From the IMG/VR virus record IMGVR_UViG_3300030376_007133: DNA of 64,000 nucleotides; one strand, written 5' to 3'. Shown piece after piece: positions 48,586-59,047 of this stretch. How positions within the stretch are numbered: position 1 is the stretch's first letter; each line of letters begins with the position of its first letter. The notes under the pieces were generated by a model. That model had not been told where the DNA came from. It worked only from the letters and a program-made list of their open reading frames with translations, and made no database searches. A program made the position numbers and the translations under genes. The DNA comes from an uncultured virus (IMG/VR IMGVR_UViG_3300030376_007133) (lineage: Duplodnaviria; Heunggongvirae; Uroviricota; Caudoviricetes).

Positions 48586-49107
48586 CTATTTTTTCTTCAA
48601 TAATGCTAATGTATGTACGGCATCTACAATATCATAAAATTCTAAAACTCTATCATACCGCGGTCTTTTTTTAGCTGGTTTATCTTCGGGCCAACCATTT
48701 GTATAATCATGTAAAAAAACTAAAGAATTGCTTGTTATATTATCTATAACAGATTCAGCAACATACTGTCTTGCTCTGCCATCGATGAATACGATGTCAA
48801 ATATTTGTGATTGTGTTTTAGGCCAATTGATATAATCTTCAAACCATTCGGGTTTAGAAGGTCCGTAAGGTAAAAAGCTATTATCGTTTGGTGGAATGTG
48901 AATATAGTTTACATTCATGTAGGGAACTAAACTCGGTTGTACTTGTGTATACCAACCGGTATGGTGTTCTATAGAATATAAAGTTTTTACAAGCTTTGCA
49001 AATATCTCAGTGCTTTGTCCTGATCCATATTCTAACATTACCATATCTTTTTTCAAGTATGGTTTCATAAAATCCCATTCTCTGGGCTTCATCAAAGGTG
49101 TTAACAT
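48586..49107 (-). CDS. Class I SAM-dependent methyltransferase
   Basis: LEYGSGQST, SIEH, FIDGRAR, LHD. Confidence 0.75.
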   Translation of the reverse strand: MLTPLMKPREWDFMKPYLKKDMVMLEYGSGQSTEIFAKLVKTLYSIEHHTGWYTQVQPSLVPYMNVNYIHIPPNDNSFLPYGPSKPEWFEDYINWPKTQSQIFDIVFIDGRARQYVAESVIDNITSNSLVFLHDYTNGWPEDKPAKKRPRYDRVLEFYDIVDAVHTLALLKKK

Positions 49108-49115
49108 AAATTTAT

Positions 49116-49608
49116 TTATTCAATCTCAAAGTAGTTAAATTCAAAGTTTAGCGGTACAGAAAAATATTGTATATCAGCTCTTGTTGATTCTAATGCTATC
49201 TCACCTATCGAAGTAAGCCTAGCATCATAATACGTTATTTCTTTATTAGCATTATTTTTACTGGTTAAAGTATATAATTTTAAATCCATATCAAGAGGTN
49301 NNNNNNNNNTCTCTTGTTTGTCTGTTAATATCATTTACTTGAACTGTTTCTTTTAGAATTTCATACATCTCTGTATAATTTATTAGATCTTCATCTAATA
49401 TAACATTACATACCAATTCACCGAATTGTAATCTTTCGCCTGGTTGATATGTTGTTATAGATTTATAAGGTACAGCAACTCCTGGTAATGTTACTTCAGG
49501 ATGTGTTACACTCGTTACAAAATATTCGGTCTTAGGATAAAATTTTCTATCTAAGACCAATTTAAATCCCGTTGGTTCTAAATAATTTTCATTTATATTA
49601 TAAACCAT
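49116..49608 (-). CDS. gp3: Tail tube terminator/completion protein (across N gap 49300-49309)
   Basis: NYLEPTGFKL, ILDEDLINY; synteny after gp23. Confidence 0.75.
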
Positions 49609-49617
49609 TTATATCTC

Positions 49618-49899
49618 CTAAACCGCAAAGCTTTCACCACAACCACATGATGCAGTTGCATTGGGGTTTACTACCTTTAAGTAAGAACCACCTAGTTCTT
49701 CTACATAATCTATAGTGCAACCAAATACAAACATCTCTGCCATTGGATCTAGCCATAGATTCCCTATCAATGGTTCTTTATCTGTTACGCCCCACTCGTA
49801 TTGAAAGCCTGAACATCCGCCACCTTTTACATTTAAGGAAACGTTAGGCTTGCCAACCTTCTTTAAATATTTTTCTGCGTTCTCTGTAAGTTTAATCAT
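49618..49899 (-). CDS. A-type Fe-S carrier (IscA/HesB family)
   Basis: GGGCSGFQY, NPNATASCGCGESF; TATAAATA at 49905-49912. Confidence 0.9.
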   Translation of the reverse strand: MIKLTENAEKYLKKVGKPNVSLNVKGGGCSGFQYEWGVTDKEPLIGNLWLDPMAEMFVFGCTIDYVEELGGSYLKVVNPNATASCGCGESFAV

Positions 49900-49913
49900 A
49901 TTTGTATTTATAC

Positions 49914-49938
49914 AAAAAAAAGGGCGCCGAAGCGCCCT
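49914..49938 (-). terminator. Terminator after gp23
   Basis: GGGCGC-TTCG-GCGCCC followed by T8. Confidence 0.85.
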
Positions 49939-49961
49939 AGTTAGATAGGTTATCCCTATTC

Positions 49962-51269
49962 TTATGTGTTTAGGATGTTATCCACACGCATAATTCTGTA
50001 GTACTGGTTCTGACGAACTGTACCTAGGCCACTTGAAGATCCAGGTGTGAATGGGTTTGAAGCAAGACCGTATCGTGTCTTGAAACCAATTTTTGGCTGG
50101 AATGTATCTTCAGCAACTGCACGCATCATTGTTAATGGTACGTATGGGCAGTAGAAGAGACCTGCGTCGTATGCGTTTGCACCTTTATAGCCGACAGTGA
50201 TATAATCAACTGTTGCATAAGGGTCGATGTACACTTTCATGCGACCGTTCAGAGTACCAGCAAATGTGTTACCTGTGTCGTCTACATTCAATGTGTTAGA
50301 AGCTAGTACTTGTGAGTAATCTAACATACCTGTGGCAGCTAGAGCAGAAGCAACGTCTGATGAACATACCATCACGTTACCTTTACCTCTACGAGTATCT
50401 TTTGCGATTTGGTTAGCTTCACGATCGATTTGGATGCCGAGACCTTTAAATTTCTCTGCAGACCAACGACCATCAACATCAGAATCAAGGTTAATTACAC
50501 CTTTCTTAGCGATCTGAGCTGATTGAGCACCTGGCTTAGCATGCGCGTTGATCACACGAATAATTTCGCGGTTGATCTCAGCAAGAATCTCAGTTGACAA
50601 GATGTTTGCCAATTCTGATTCAGCGTCTAAACCGTGGATCGCTTTAAGATCCTGAGCCAACTCTAATGAGTACTCAGCTTTTAGAGCACGTGACTTTGCA
50701 GTCACAGTCTGACGCTCAATGCTGAATGCCATTTCTGCGAAGTCTGTTGAACCTTGTGATCCAAGAGCTTCAGCAGAGTCTGTTGCCATACCGGAACCAT
50801 GTAATGGACCAGTACGCTCTCCGCCTGAATCTAATCCACTAAGACCTGAACCGTCAGCACCATCAGCAACGTTATTTGCTGGAGTAGCTTGAGTACCAGA
50901 GAATTGTGTATCAGCTTCGTTGTAAAGAGCCTCTGTACCACCTTGCGATGTGTACTTTGACTTCATTGCAAAGATAAGACCTGTTGGACCGTTCATAGGC
51001 TGTACAGATGCTAAATCGTGAGCAATTAGGTTAGGAGCAGCACGACGTACTAGGCTGATCAATACTGGATCCCAGTTATTGATTGAAGCGCCAGTTGCGT
51101 TTGTTGGTGCAGCTTCGTTTAATTGAGCGCGCTCTTCAGTAAGAGCTCTCTCAGTATTTTCCAACAGAGCAGCAGTTACTTGCTTTCTGTGGTTGTCTCG
51201 AATGGAGCCAGCTGTTTCTTCATTAAGAACCGGTCCCCACTTTTCGACCAAGTTAGAATAAGATTCCAT
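49962..51269 (-). CDS. gp23: Major capsid protein
   Basis: VQPMNGPTGLIFA, KSRALKAEYSLELAQDLKAIHGLDAE, FQPKIGFKTRYG. Confidence 0.97.
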   Translation of the reverse strand: MESYSNLVEKWGPVLNEETAGSIRDNHRKQVTAALLENTERALTEERAQLNEAAPTNATGASINNWDPVLISLVRRAAPNLIAHDLASVQPMNGPTGLIFAMKSKYTSQGGTEALYNEADTQFSGTQATPANNVADGADGSGLSGLDSGGERTGPLHGSGMATDSAEALGSQGSTDFAEMAFSIERQTVTAKSRALKAEYSLELAQDLKAIHGLDAESELANILSTEILAEINREIIRVINAHAKPGAQSAQIAKKGVINLDSDVDGRWSAEKFKGLGIQIDREANQIAKDTRRGKGNVMVCSSDVASALAATGMLDYSQVLASNTLNVDDTGNTFAGTLNGRMKVYIDPYATVDYITVGYKGANAYDAGLFYCPYVPLTMMRAVAEDTFQPKIGFKTRYGLASNPFTPGSSSGLGTVRQNQYYRIMRVDNILNT

Positions 51270-51283
51270 CTCTTGGATCTCCC

Positions 51284-52333
51284 TTATTTAGTTTGTTTTC
51301 TGATTGCTGACAAATATGTCGCCATTGTTGCAGAAACTTCTTCTGTATCAGCTTCCGCATCCACATCTGTTTCTTCAGCAATAGTTGATTCTACAGCTGG
51401 CGCTGCAAAATGAGCTTCTTTGACGGTAGCCACTTTCTTAGCGAAAGTTTCATCGTCTTCGAAATCGATAGAGTCGACAAGACCTGCAAGCTTCTCAGCT
51501 TGTGTATCAGGAAGATCTTTAGCTGCTTCAGCTACAATAGCTGAACGTGTAAAATCTTCAATTGCCTTGGCTTGTTCTAGCGCTTCTTCAGTACGAGCGT
51601 TAAGAGCTTCTTCGAGTTCTTCGACTTGTTCAGATAGTTCGTCGACTAGGTCGATTTTGCTTTCTGGCACTTCGATGTAAGACTCTGTGAATACATCTTT
51701 TAGCTTGTTCATGAAAGTTTCAGCGATTTCTGTACGTAAGCCAGTTTGAACTGCTAGCTTGTTGTCTTCCATCCACTGCTCAACTACGTAGTTTAGGTAT
51801 GAATCTACTTTTTCTACGAGGTCAGATTTTGTTGTTGCAATTTCCTCAGCAAGCTCGCTAGCATAATTTTCTTCGAGTGTTTCGATTTCTTCTGCTAATT
51901 TTGCTTTCATTGCTGATTCAAAGATGATTGTAGTTTTCTCTTTGAACTCTTCTGATAGAGTTGCTTCAGATTCAACTAATGCATCTAATTCGCCTTTATA
52001 GTCATAAGCAACTTCTGGGTTTTCCATGATAGCTTCGTCGTTGTTTACATCGACGTCATCTTTCATCACACCATTATAAGTTGCTGTAAGCTGAGCTTTA
52101 TTCATTTTGCTCTGCTTTAGATACATGGCTTGCAACATACCTGCTTTTGTTTTCGGCATCGGCATATGTGTACCCTGCTTAGGTGCTGGGTCTGGTGCTT
52201 TAGTAGTTTTACCAGCCGCGCCCTTTACAGATGCAACAGATGCGTTCTCCGCATTTTTTGGGTCGTGAGCTTCTTCCACAACGTCCTCGTCATGGAGATC
52301 TGCTTCTGTGACCTGATTTTCTAGATCAGACAT
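51284..52333 (-). CDS. gp22: Prohead core scaffold
   Basis: LSEEFKEK, VDSYLNYVVEQW; AAGGAG RBS before ATG 52333. Confidence 0.9.
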   Translation of the reverse strand: MSDLENQVTEADLHDEDVVEEAHDPKNAENASVASVKGAAGKTTKAPDPAPKQGTHMPMPKTKAGMLQAMYLKQSKMNKAQLTATYNGVMKDDVDVNNDEAIMENPEVAYDYKGELDALVESEATLSEEFKEKTTIIFESAMKAKLAEEIETLEENYASELAEEIATTKSDLVEKVDSYLNYVVEQWMEDNKLAVQTGLRTEIAETFMNKLKDVFTESYIEVPESKIDLVDELSEQVEELEEALNARTEEALEQAKAIEDFTRSAIVAEAAKDLPDTQAEKLAGLVDSIDFEDDETFAKKVATVKEAHFAAPAVESTIAEETDVDAEADTEEVSATMATYLSAIRKQTK

Positions 52334-52343
52334 GCTATTCTCC

Positions 52344-53006
52344 TTACATGCTCTTTTGTTTGAGTAACGAGAGGAAATTCTTATACTCACGGACCTGTGT
52401 CTCATAGAGATCAGTACGTGGAGCTTGTTTAATTTCAGTCTCCATTTTTTCAATTGTCCTGGCTTCGATAATGCCGTTATTCCATACCCAGTCTACACCT
52501 TCCATAATTCCATTAACGAATGCATTCGGTGCTGATGGATCTTGTACGATATCAACCGTATTAAGAATAAAGTCGTCTTTGACGACCGCTGTACCATTAC
52601 GTGTTTCAAGACTTCCCATACCACGAGTTGACACGCCTAGTTGAACGCCGCCTTCGAGCAAACCTTTTACGATCTGTCCCATTGGAGTATCCAGTACTTG
52701 TGCCTTACCCATCACGTTATTACCTTCAAAGTTGAGATCGGTAATTAGATGGGATACCTTATCTAAATTAACTGTTGGGCCTTCCGGATGGTTAAGCTCA
52801 CCAACAGCTCGTTTAGTATTAACTTGATCAGTGACATATTTGTCAACTGCTTTTTCTAAAATAGCCTTAGGATAAATCCTACCATTACGGTTCTTTGATT
52901 CGGCCATAGCGAAAACACCCGAGATGAGATATTTCTTCGAGCCGTCTTCTTTTTTCTCCACGATGCATTGAACATCGCTTTCGTTATATTCCGTAATAAG
53001 TTTCAT
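52344..53006 (-). CDS. gp21: Prohead protease
   Basis: MKLITE, NRNGRIYP, GELNHP, GVSTRGMGSL, DIVQDPS; TATAAATA at 53039-53046. Confidence 0.95.
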   Translation of the reverse strand: MKLITEYNESDVQCIVEKKEDGSKKYLISGVFAMAESKNRNGRIYPKAILEKAVDKYVTDQVNTKRAVGELNHPEGPTVNLDKVSHLITDLNFEGNNVMGKAQVLDTPMGQIVKGLLEGGVQLGVSTRGMGSLETRNGTAVVKDDFILNTVDIVQDPSAPNAFVNGIMEGVDWVWNNGIIEARTIEKMETEIKQAPRTDLYETQVREYKNFLSLLKQKSM

Positions 53007-53051
53007 TTATCTTAGACCTGTGATAATTATGTTACAGTTATTTATAACAAA

Positions 53052-53381
53052 TTAATCTTCTACTTCTGTTTCCTCTTCATCAGTATCTGAAGTATATTCT
53101 TCCGCACCATCTTCTAGGTCGTCTTCGTATTCTTCATCCTGATCAAGATCTAATTCCATTTGTTCTTCGTCATCTGGTTCTTCACCATTATAAACTTGTT
53201 GTGAAAGCGCTACTTTCTCAGCATCAAGAGCATCGCTAAGTTTATTACCTAACATATCGTTAAAAGTAGTTTGTGCACCAGCAAAGTTCTTTGTCAATAT
53301 ATCATCTACAAATGTTTGCATTGGATTAACCTCTACTTCTGGTTCCATTACTTCGGCTTCGTCATTCATTTCATTCTCCAT
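53052..53381 (-). CDS. Acidic prohead core protein (gp67-like)
   Basis: Very acidic; between portal and protease. Confidence 0.6.
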   Translation of the reverse strand: MENEMNDEAEVMEPEVEVNPMQTFVDDILTKNFAGAQTTFNDMLGNKLSDALDAEKVALSQQVYNGEEPDDEEQMELDLDQDEEYEDDLEDGAEEYTSDTDEEETEVED

Positions 53382-53536
53382 TATGCCAGTTTTGGTTTTA
53401 AAATTACGTCGCCGTAATTATCTAATTCTTGAAAATTTTCTACTAATACTTTTTCACCTGTATCAACATAAACATAATATTGTTTAATTTGACCATTTTC
53501 AACAGCTGTTTCTATTGTAAGGTTTCTATCTTTCAT
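53381..53536 (-). CDS. Small hypothetical protein
   Basis: Likely start MKDRNL overlapping the portal end. Confidence 0.4.
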   Translation of the reverse strand: MKDRNLTIETAVENGQIKQYYVYVDTGEKVLVENFQELDNYGDVILKPKLA

Positions 53537-55046
53537 CTGGTTCTTCTTCATTATCAACTTCACCAGATGCAATTTCACCGTCAATTTCTTTCTTAATTCT
53601 TTTGATATCTTCATCATCTAACATAAGAATATTTTTCATGGCCCATTCTTTTGAATAGTACTGACCAATATAGTTCTGAGCTAAATCCATTGTTTGTAAT
53701 CTTTCACGTATTAGTTCAGCATCTCTAAGTTCAGCAAAATGATTGTCATGTGCATATTCGACAACTAAATCATTTTCCCATTCTTTCCAATCTTCTTCAG
53801 CTATTACACCTTTTAATATAAGTTGCTTGCGAAGAATATCTAAGAAGAGAGCTGAGAATCTACGTCGTAGACGTTCAACAAACTTCTGAAATTTTAATTC
53901 GTCCCTATTGATCTCTGTCGATCTACCAAGTATATTAGCAGATTGATCTTGTTCAAGACGAGATATAGGCACATTGAGAGACTTATATAAACGTTTCTGA
54001 AAATATAAGATATCATCTATTTGTCCGAGGTTCTCACCACCTGGTAATGTACTAATCTCTGTACCACGGCCACCTTCTTTTCTTGGTAACCAAAAATCTT
54101 CAAGCATTGACATATGTTTACGATCATCTTTTAGTTTACCTGTTGTTTGATCATAAACAAGCTTGTTACGATACTGAGTCATGATTTTCTTCATGTACTC
54201 TTCAGCTTTACCTGTTGGCATGTTACCTACATCGATATAAAAGATACGACGTTCAGGTGCACGTGCAAGACGATAGATGACTAGTGAGTCTTCCATCATT
54301 CTTAACTGGTTTAATGGCTTCAGTGATTTCTGAAGATATGATATAACTCTCTTACGATCTTGATCTAATAGACCAGATGTAACATAACTCACGGCGTCTG
54401 TTGTAAGCTTAACGCCTTGCTTAGTTTGACCTGGTTTCTCTTGGTAAATAAAATGCTCGTCAACCTTTTCAATTAACTCAGCACCTGTGATCGGGTCTTT
54501 CTTCTTCTTAATTTCTTTTACTTTACGTATCTTCGTAGCATCAATAGGACGGATATCTTGGATACCCATCTTCATATTTGCTTCGTTGACTACGAGATGA
54601 TGATAAATTCGACCGTCTACATACCAACGACGGAAGATGTCATGCCCTAGTTCGTTAAACTTAAGCATTACACATATGTTTTGAAATTCTTCTGTTATAT
54701 TCTTTTTAATCTTATCTGATACTTTAACATTATCCATATTCATAGATACGGTAGAACCATCATCTGCGATAGATACTGATTCGTTAACAATGTCTTCAAT
54801 AGCCGCATCAACTTCTGGATGCATAGCAACACCACGATATTGCTTAATCTTTAATATATTATCTTTAAATTCATCACCGTCAATATTAACATATTGACCA
54901 AAGTGAGATCCGGATGCAGTTACGTAACCCGCGCCATCCTCATCGATGGGCGGTACAATAGAATCCATCTGATTCTTTTTAGAAGGCTTGTCTTGCTTTC
55001 TACGTATTTCAAATCCAAATAATGTAAATCCGTTATTCTCTGCCAT
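53526..55046 (-). CDS. gp20: Portal protein
   Basis: WYVDGR, YRLARAPERRIFYIDVGN, EDFWLPR; TATAAATA at 55100-55107. Confidence 0.97.
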   Translation of the reverse strand: MAENNGFTLFGFEIRRKQDKPSKKNQMDSIVPPIDEDGAGYVTASGSHFGQYVNIDGDEFKDNILKIKQYRGVAMHPEVDAAIEDIVNESVSIADDGSTVSMNMDNVKVSDKIKKNITEEFQNICVMLKFNELGHDIFRRWYVDGRIYHHLVVNEANMKMGIQDIRPIDATKIRKVKEIKKKKDPITGAELIEKVDEHFIYQEKPGQTKQGVKLTTDAVSYVTSGLLDQDRKRVISYLQKSLKPLNQLRMMEDSLVIYRLARAPERRIFYIDVGNMPTGKAEEYMKKIMTQYRNKLVYDQTTGKLKDDRKHMSMLEDFWLPRKEGGRGTEISTLPGGENLGQIDDILYFQKRLYKSLNVPISRLEQDQSANILGRSTEINRDELKFQKFVERLRRRFSALFLDILRKQLILKGVIAEEDWKEWENDLVVEYAHDNHFAELRDAELIRERLQTMDLAQNYIGQYYSKEWAMKNILMLDDEDIKRIKKEIDGEIASGEVDNEEEPDER

Positions 55047-55112
55047 ATTCTTACCTACAAAAAATAGTTTAGCAAAGGGCCTTTCGGCCCTTCACATATT
55101 ATTTATAACTCC

Positions 55113-55640
55113 TTACGAAGTGGTATTTGACTCCCAGTACTGGATCGTGAAGGTAGTAATAAACTCTTCGATCGCTCCAGTGTTGTCATAATTAAGCTCT
55201 ATTTCTCCAACTTCAGTAGGAAAAGATCCTCTGAAATCATATCGCTTAATTGATGTGCCGTCTCTATCTAATTGTTCTACAATTAAGTCAGCCTGGTAAT
55301 CAGTTGGATTCACAAGACCAACGTTAGTCGTATGTCCATTTATACCATTCATCCATCTTTCCATTGCGTCACGTACATTAAAGTCTGTATCATTAATGAC
55401 TGTAACTGTCCATGGTGCAAACGTACGTTCGCCAGCTATTTGTAACTGACGACCACGGAAAGCAATCGGTACAGCTTCAATAGTTGATGCCGGTAATTGA
55501 GCACCCTTACACATAAATGATGTCATTTCAACGTCACCAGCCGCATAGCCTGGAAAGTTAATTGTTGCTTTAAACAGATTAGAGCGAGCGCCACCACCAC
55601 GTAGTTTTGCTTTAAAATCATCTACTCCTAGAATAGCCAT
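55113..55640 (-). CDS. gp19: Tail tube protein
   Basis: GGGARSNLF, AGERTF..WTVTVIND, FPT. Confidence 0.93.
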   Translation of the reverse strand: MAILGVDDFKAKLRGGGARSNLFKATINFPGYAAGDVEMTSFMCKGAQLPASTIEAVPIAFRGRQLQIAGERTFAPWTVTVINDTDFNVRDAMERWMNGINGHTTNVGLVNPTDYQADLIVEQLDRDGTSIKRYDFRGSFPTEVGEIELNYDNTGAIEEFITTFTIQYWESNTTS

Positions 55641-55661
55641 TTTGTTTTCTCCTTACCGCTA

Positions 55662-57386
55662 CTATATGCCAACTACTTCTTCGAAGTCAGCACCCGTTCT
55701 AGTCGCCACAAAATTCAATGTGATGAAGTTGATTGAGCGTGCTGGCTTGATGAAGAGTGTCGCCACAAATTCATTTCTATCAATTACTGAAGCGGTATTG
55801 TTTGTCTCATCACAGACTACTTTAAAGTCTGTAATACCACGTCGACCTTTTACTTCACGAAGTAGAGGTTCTACGTTATTCACAAATTCAGCTCGAGTAA
55901 ACTCGTCGTTTAGTTCAAAGAGAGAAGCTTTAGCGAATTCACCGATTGCTTTTTCTAATGATGTAAACAATCTACGAACATTAATACGATCAAATGCTGA
56001 TGGTCTGTTCATGTGTGTTTTATCACCATAGAGCATTACTCCTTGTCCAGGAATATTTGCAATAGGATTAACTGCCGCTTTATAGAGTGTATCTCTTTGA
56101 GCTTTTGTTGGTGAGTAAGCCAATGAAGTAATACCTAGGTAATTACCACGTCTTGTTCCAGCAGGAGATACCCATGGAGCAGCATTGTTATCTGTTGCGG
56201 CCATGATTCCGGCTGTTGAAGATGCGGCAGGTACCATGATATACCTGTCATTGTACTTATCGTATACTTTTAAGAAGTTGTTATCAACAACTAAGAATGA
56301 ACCGAATGTGAAATCTTTCGCTGTTAATAGAGTATTTGTTACCATAGTAGCAGGATCTGCTACTCCTACAATATCAGTTCTTGCCGGTGAAGCTACCGCT
56401 ACACAATCTTTACGAGCAACTGCTGTTGCCATAATATCGTTTACAACCGTTACATGATCTGATCTAGCGTTCATTGAATTAGAGAATAGAATATCTACGG
56501 GAATCGTATCTTCGTCTTCTAATGCATCAAAGGCTGTTTGCATAGTTCCAGCTGTATTAGCGTTTTGATTTACACCACCAGTTAAATCTATATTTAAGAC
56601 GGCCGCAGGTGTTGTTAAGTAGTTTGTACCACTTGCCAATGCTGTACCGGCGTCTGCATCGAATCTCGATCCAGCTGTACCAAATCCAGCCATCCATACA
56701 TAGGATGATCCTGTGTTTATAACGTCTTTAATATAGTTAGCAGTTCCATCTGCTTTCTTTGAGTCGGTTGCTAATGATACATGTGGAAATGTTTCTAAAA
56801 CTCCACCCTTTGGACCAAAGTTTCCGCTAACGTCTACGACTGCAACATGTACTTCGTCATTTGTTGCACTCTCAGCAGCGGCTGATGTTGATGTTCCAGG
56901 GAATGTATCGAAATCTGATTTATATGCCCAACCATCAAAGGTTGTCTCATCTGCTGGACATACTGAAATTGTTAAACCAGTACCCAATGCGCCAGGATAC
57001 TTTGCTATGAAAGTATGATTTGCGCCAGCGAGTGTTGATTCTTGTGCGTCCCATTCCATTGAATTTCCAATTGATGGGGCTGTTGCAGAGTCTGCGTCAT
57101 ATGCATTCTTTGCGTTTGCGTCTGTTGTCCGAACAACTTTCAAGTTATCGGCATATCGTAAATAATATGCTGCGCTATGAAAGTCAACGGAGTTTGCATC
57201 GTCAGGTGCGGCAAAAGTTCCTACTAGTTCTGTTTCTGTTGCAACAGTCATAGGTACTCCTACTGGTCCCCAACGAAAATCACCTACCGTACCACCGATT
57301 GTAGTGCTAGATGTACGAATACTTGTACTAGCATCAATCTCTTTGATTACTACGGCAGGACTTGATGAAGGTACTCCAAGTGCCAT
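55662..57386 (-). CDS. gp18: Tail sheath protein
   Basis: WGP, SPAG, FDRINVRRLF, KPARSINFITLNF; TATAAATA at 57448-57455. Confidence 0.95.
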   Translation of the reverse strand: MALGVPSSSPAVVIKEIDASTSIRTSSTTIGGTVGDFRWGPVGVPMTVATETELVGTFAAPDDANSVDFHSAAYYLRYADNLKVVRTTDANAKNAYDADSATAPSIGNSMEWDAQESTLAGANHTFIAKYPGALGTGLTISVCPADETTFDGWAYKSDFDTFPGTSTSAAAESATNDEVHVAVVDVSGNFGPKGGVLETFPHVSLATDSKKADGTANYIKDVINTGSSYVWMAGFGTAGSRFDADAGTALASGTNYLTTPAAVLNIDLTGGVNQNANTAGTMQTAFDALEDEDTIPVDILFSNSMNARSDHVTVVNDIMATAVARKDCVAVASPARTDIVGVADPATMVTNTLLTAKDFTFGSFLVVDNNFLKVYDKYNDRYIMVPAASSTAGIMAATDNNAAPWVSPAGTRRGNYLGITSLAYSPTKAQRDTLYKAAVNPIANIPGQGVMLYGDKTHMNRPSAFDRINVRRLFTSLEKAIGEFAKASLFELNDEFTRAEFVNNVEPLLREVKGRRGITDFKVVCDETNNTASVIDRNEFVATLFIKPARSINFITLNFVATRTGADFEEVVGI

Positions 57387-57460
57387 GTGTTTTTTCCTTT
57401 TTAAATAATAAGATCTGTCATAATACGGCGGGTTTTCACTATGTTCTTATTTATAACTTA

Positions 57461-59047
57461 TTAAAAGTCTAGATCTGGCCTCTCTTCTATCTGCCAATGT
57501 CGTCTATCTTCATCTATTACTGGTACATGTGGTAAGCCATCATCCACAAAACCAAATGGTAATACATCTGCTTCTATTTCTTTCATCCTTTGGTCGAATA
57601 ACATTTCTTTTAAATTAATATCTGTCAATTCGCCAAAGTAATTAGTGCCTGCAAAATAACCAAACAGCACTAGATTCATCACTAAGTCATCATGATTACC
57701 TTGTGATGCTTCGTATGATTGACCTTTTGCCTCAAACGTAGATATTTCTAATATAGTTTGTTGATCAACGATCTCTAGTTTATTATTTTCTAGCAAATCT
57801 TTAAATGATGAGCAACCAATACGTTTAACCTTACGTGTCATCTCAATGCCTAAACCAGTAGATTTAATCGCTGATTCAACATGAAAGTTTTCATATTCTA
57901 ACTCATGGTATAATCCGTTACATACAACTTGCCCAGCATCATTTGCCTCTACAACCACATAAGCATTATTGTAGGCTTTTGCAAATTTATAAATAAAATC
58001 TGGGAAGAGAATAGGCGAGATAAGGTTATTGCGATAAACAGCAACCTGTTTAAAAGGCCTCGTGCTAATGTCGACTACATTAAAAGTACTATAGTCCTGG
58101 CCTCTTCCCTTCGCAACATCTACCGTTACAACATATTCGTGTTTAGGTACAACCTCCTCATATATTAGTGCATCACCTTTTACTTGTATTGGGTCCTTTG
58201 CTCTTAGACTCATAAGTGTTTCAGCATTGATTAACGTATCACCTGTACCAAAGAATGTATTACCAAACTCTTGATCGAATTGCAATCGAGAAGTATTGGC
58301 AATAGTTTCTTCTTTCCACTTACTGTCCCGCCCGGGTACGTCCCACCAGTCAACTCTGAACGGTTGAAACTGATTTGTTTTTTGTTGTGCTCCCTCCCAA
58401 ATTTTATGGAAGACATTACCTATACCATTGGCGGTAGAAGTAATAATCACTTTTGTATCTTTACCTGATGAAATCACCGGATATGTTGATGTGAAAAATT
58501 GTGCATCATTCTCAACGAATGCAAACTCGTCTAAGAATAATAGGTTAATAGAAAGACCACGAATAGAGGAGCCTGATGTAGCTGCCGCAATGATCTTACT
58601 ATTATTCGAAAATTCTAATGAACCTTTGTTTAAAGCTTTTGTACCAGGTTGTAAGAAGAATGGCAGATTCTCTAACATAAGAGTAATACGTGCAAGCATC
58701 TCACGGGCAGTTGCGCCTTTGTTAGCTAGTACAGCCACTGTTTTTTCTGAGTGAAATAAAACAAACCATAGAATATATGCAACAGATGAAATTGATTTAC
58801 CGGACTGACGACAAGCCAATACGATATTAAATCTATGCTCATTGAAGTATTCGAACATTTTCTCTTGATAAGGATATAAATCGAAGTCAACTAAGCCTTC
58901 GTCAAGAGAAATAACTTTACAATATTCTCTCGCAAAGTGTATAGGATCTTGCATACACTTTTGATATTCTAGTATTTCTGCTTGGGACCATGAAGTGACA
59001 ATACCGTCACGTTTAACATTGGAGTTCCCTAAGTAACCATCATTCAT
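57461..59047 (-). CDS. gp17: Terminase large subunit
   Basis: CRQSGKS, LDEFAF, STANG, DVAKGRGQDYS, HDDLVM. Confidence 0.97.
   Translation of the reverse strand: MNDGYLGNSNVKRDGIVTSWSQAEILEYQKCMQDPIHFAREYCKVISLDEGLVDFDLYPYQEKMFEYFNEHRFNIVLACRQSGKSISSVAYILWFVLFHSEKTVAVLANKGATAREMLARITLMLENLPFFLQPGTKALNKGSLEFSNNSKIIAAATSGSSIRGLSINLLFLDEFAFVENDAQFFTSTYPVISSGKDTKVIITSTANGIGNVFHKIWEGAQQKTNQFQPFRVDWWDVPGRDSKWKEETIANTSRLQFDQEFGNTFFGTGDTLINAETLMSLRAKDPIQVKGDALIYEEVVPKHEYVVTVDVAKGRGQDYSTFNVVDISTRPFKQVAVYRNNLISPILFPDFIYKFAKAYNNAYVVVEANDAGQVVCNGLYHELEYENFHVESAIKSTGLGIEMTRKVKRIGCSSFKDLLENNKLEIVDQQTILEISTFEAKGQSYEASQGNHDDLVMNLVLFGYFAGTNYFGELTDINLKEMLFDQRMKEIEADVLPFGFVDDGLPHVPVIDEDRRHWQIEERPDLDF

Noticed and set aside
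49116..49608. gp3 as two genes
   Set aside because: The break is at the 10-N gap 49300-49309
52334..52453. Long N-terminal extension of gp22 (similar extensions on several other track ORFs)
   Set aside because: Overlaps the upstream gene; a downstream ATG has a clear RBS
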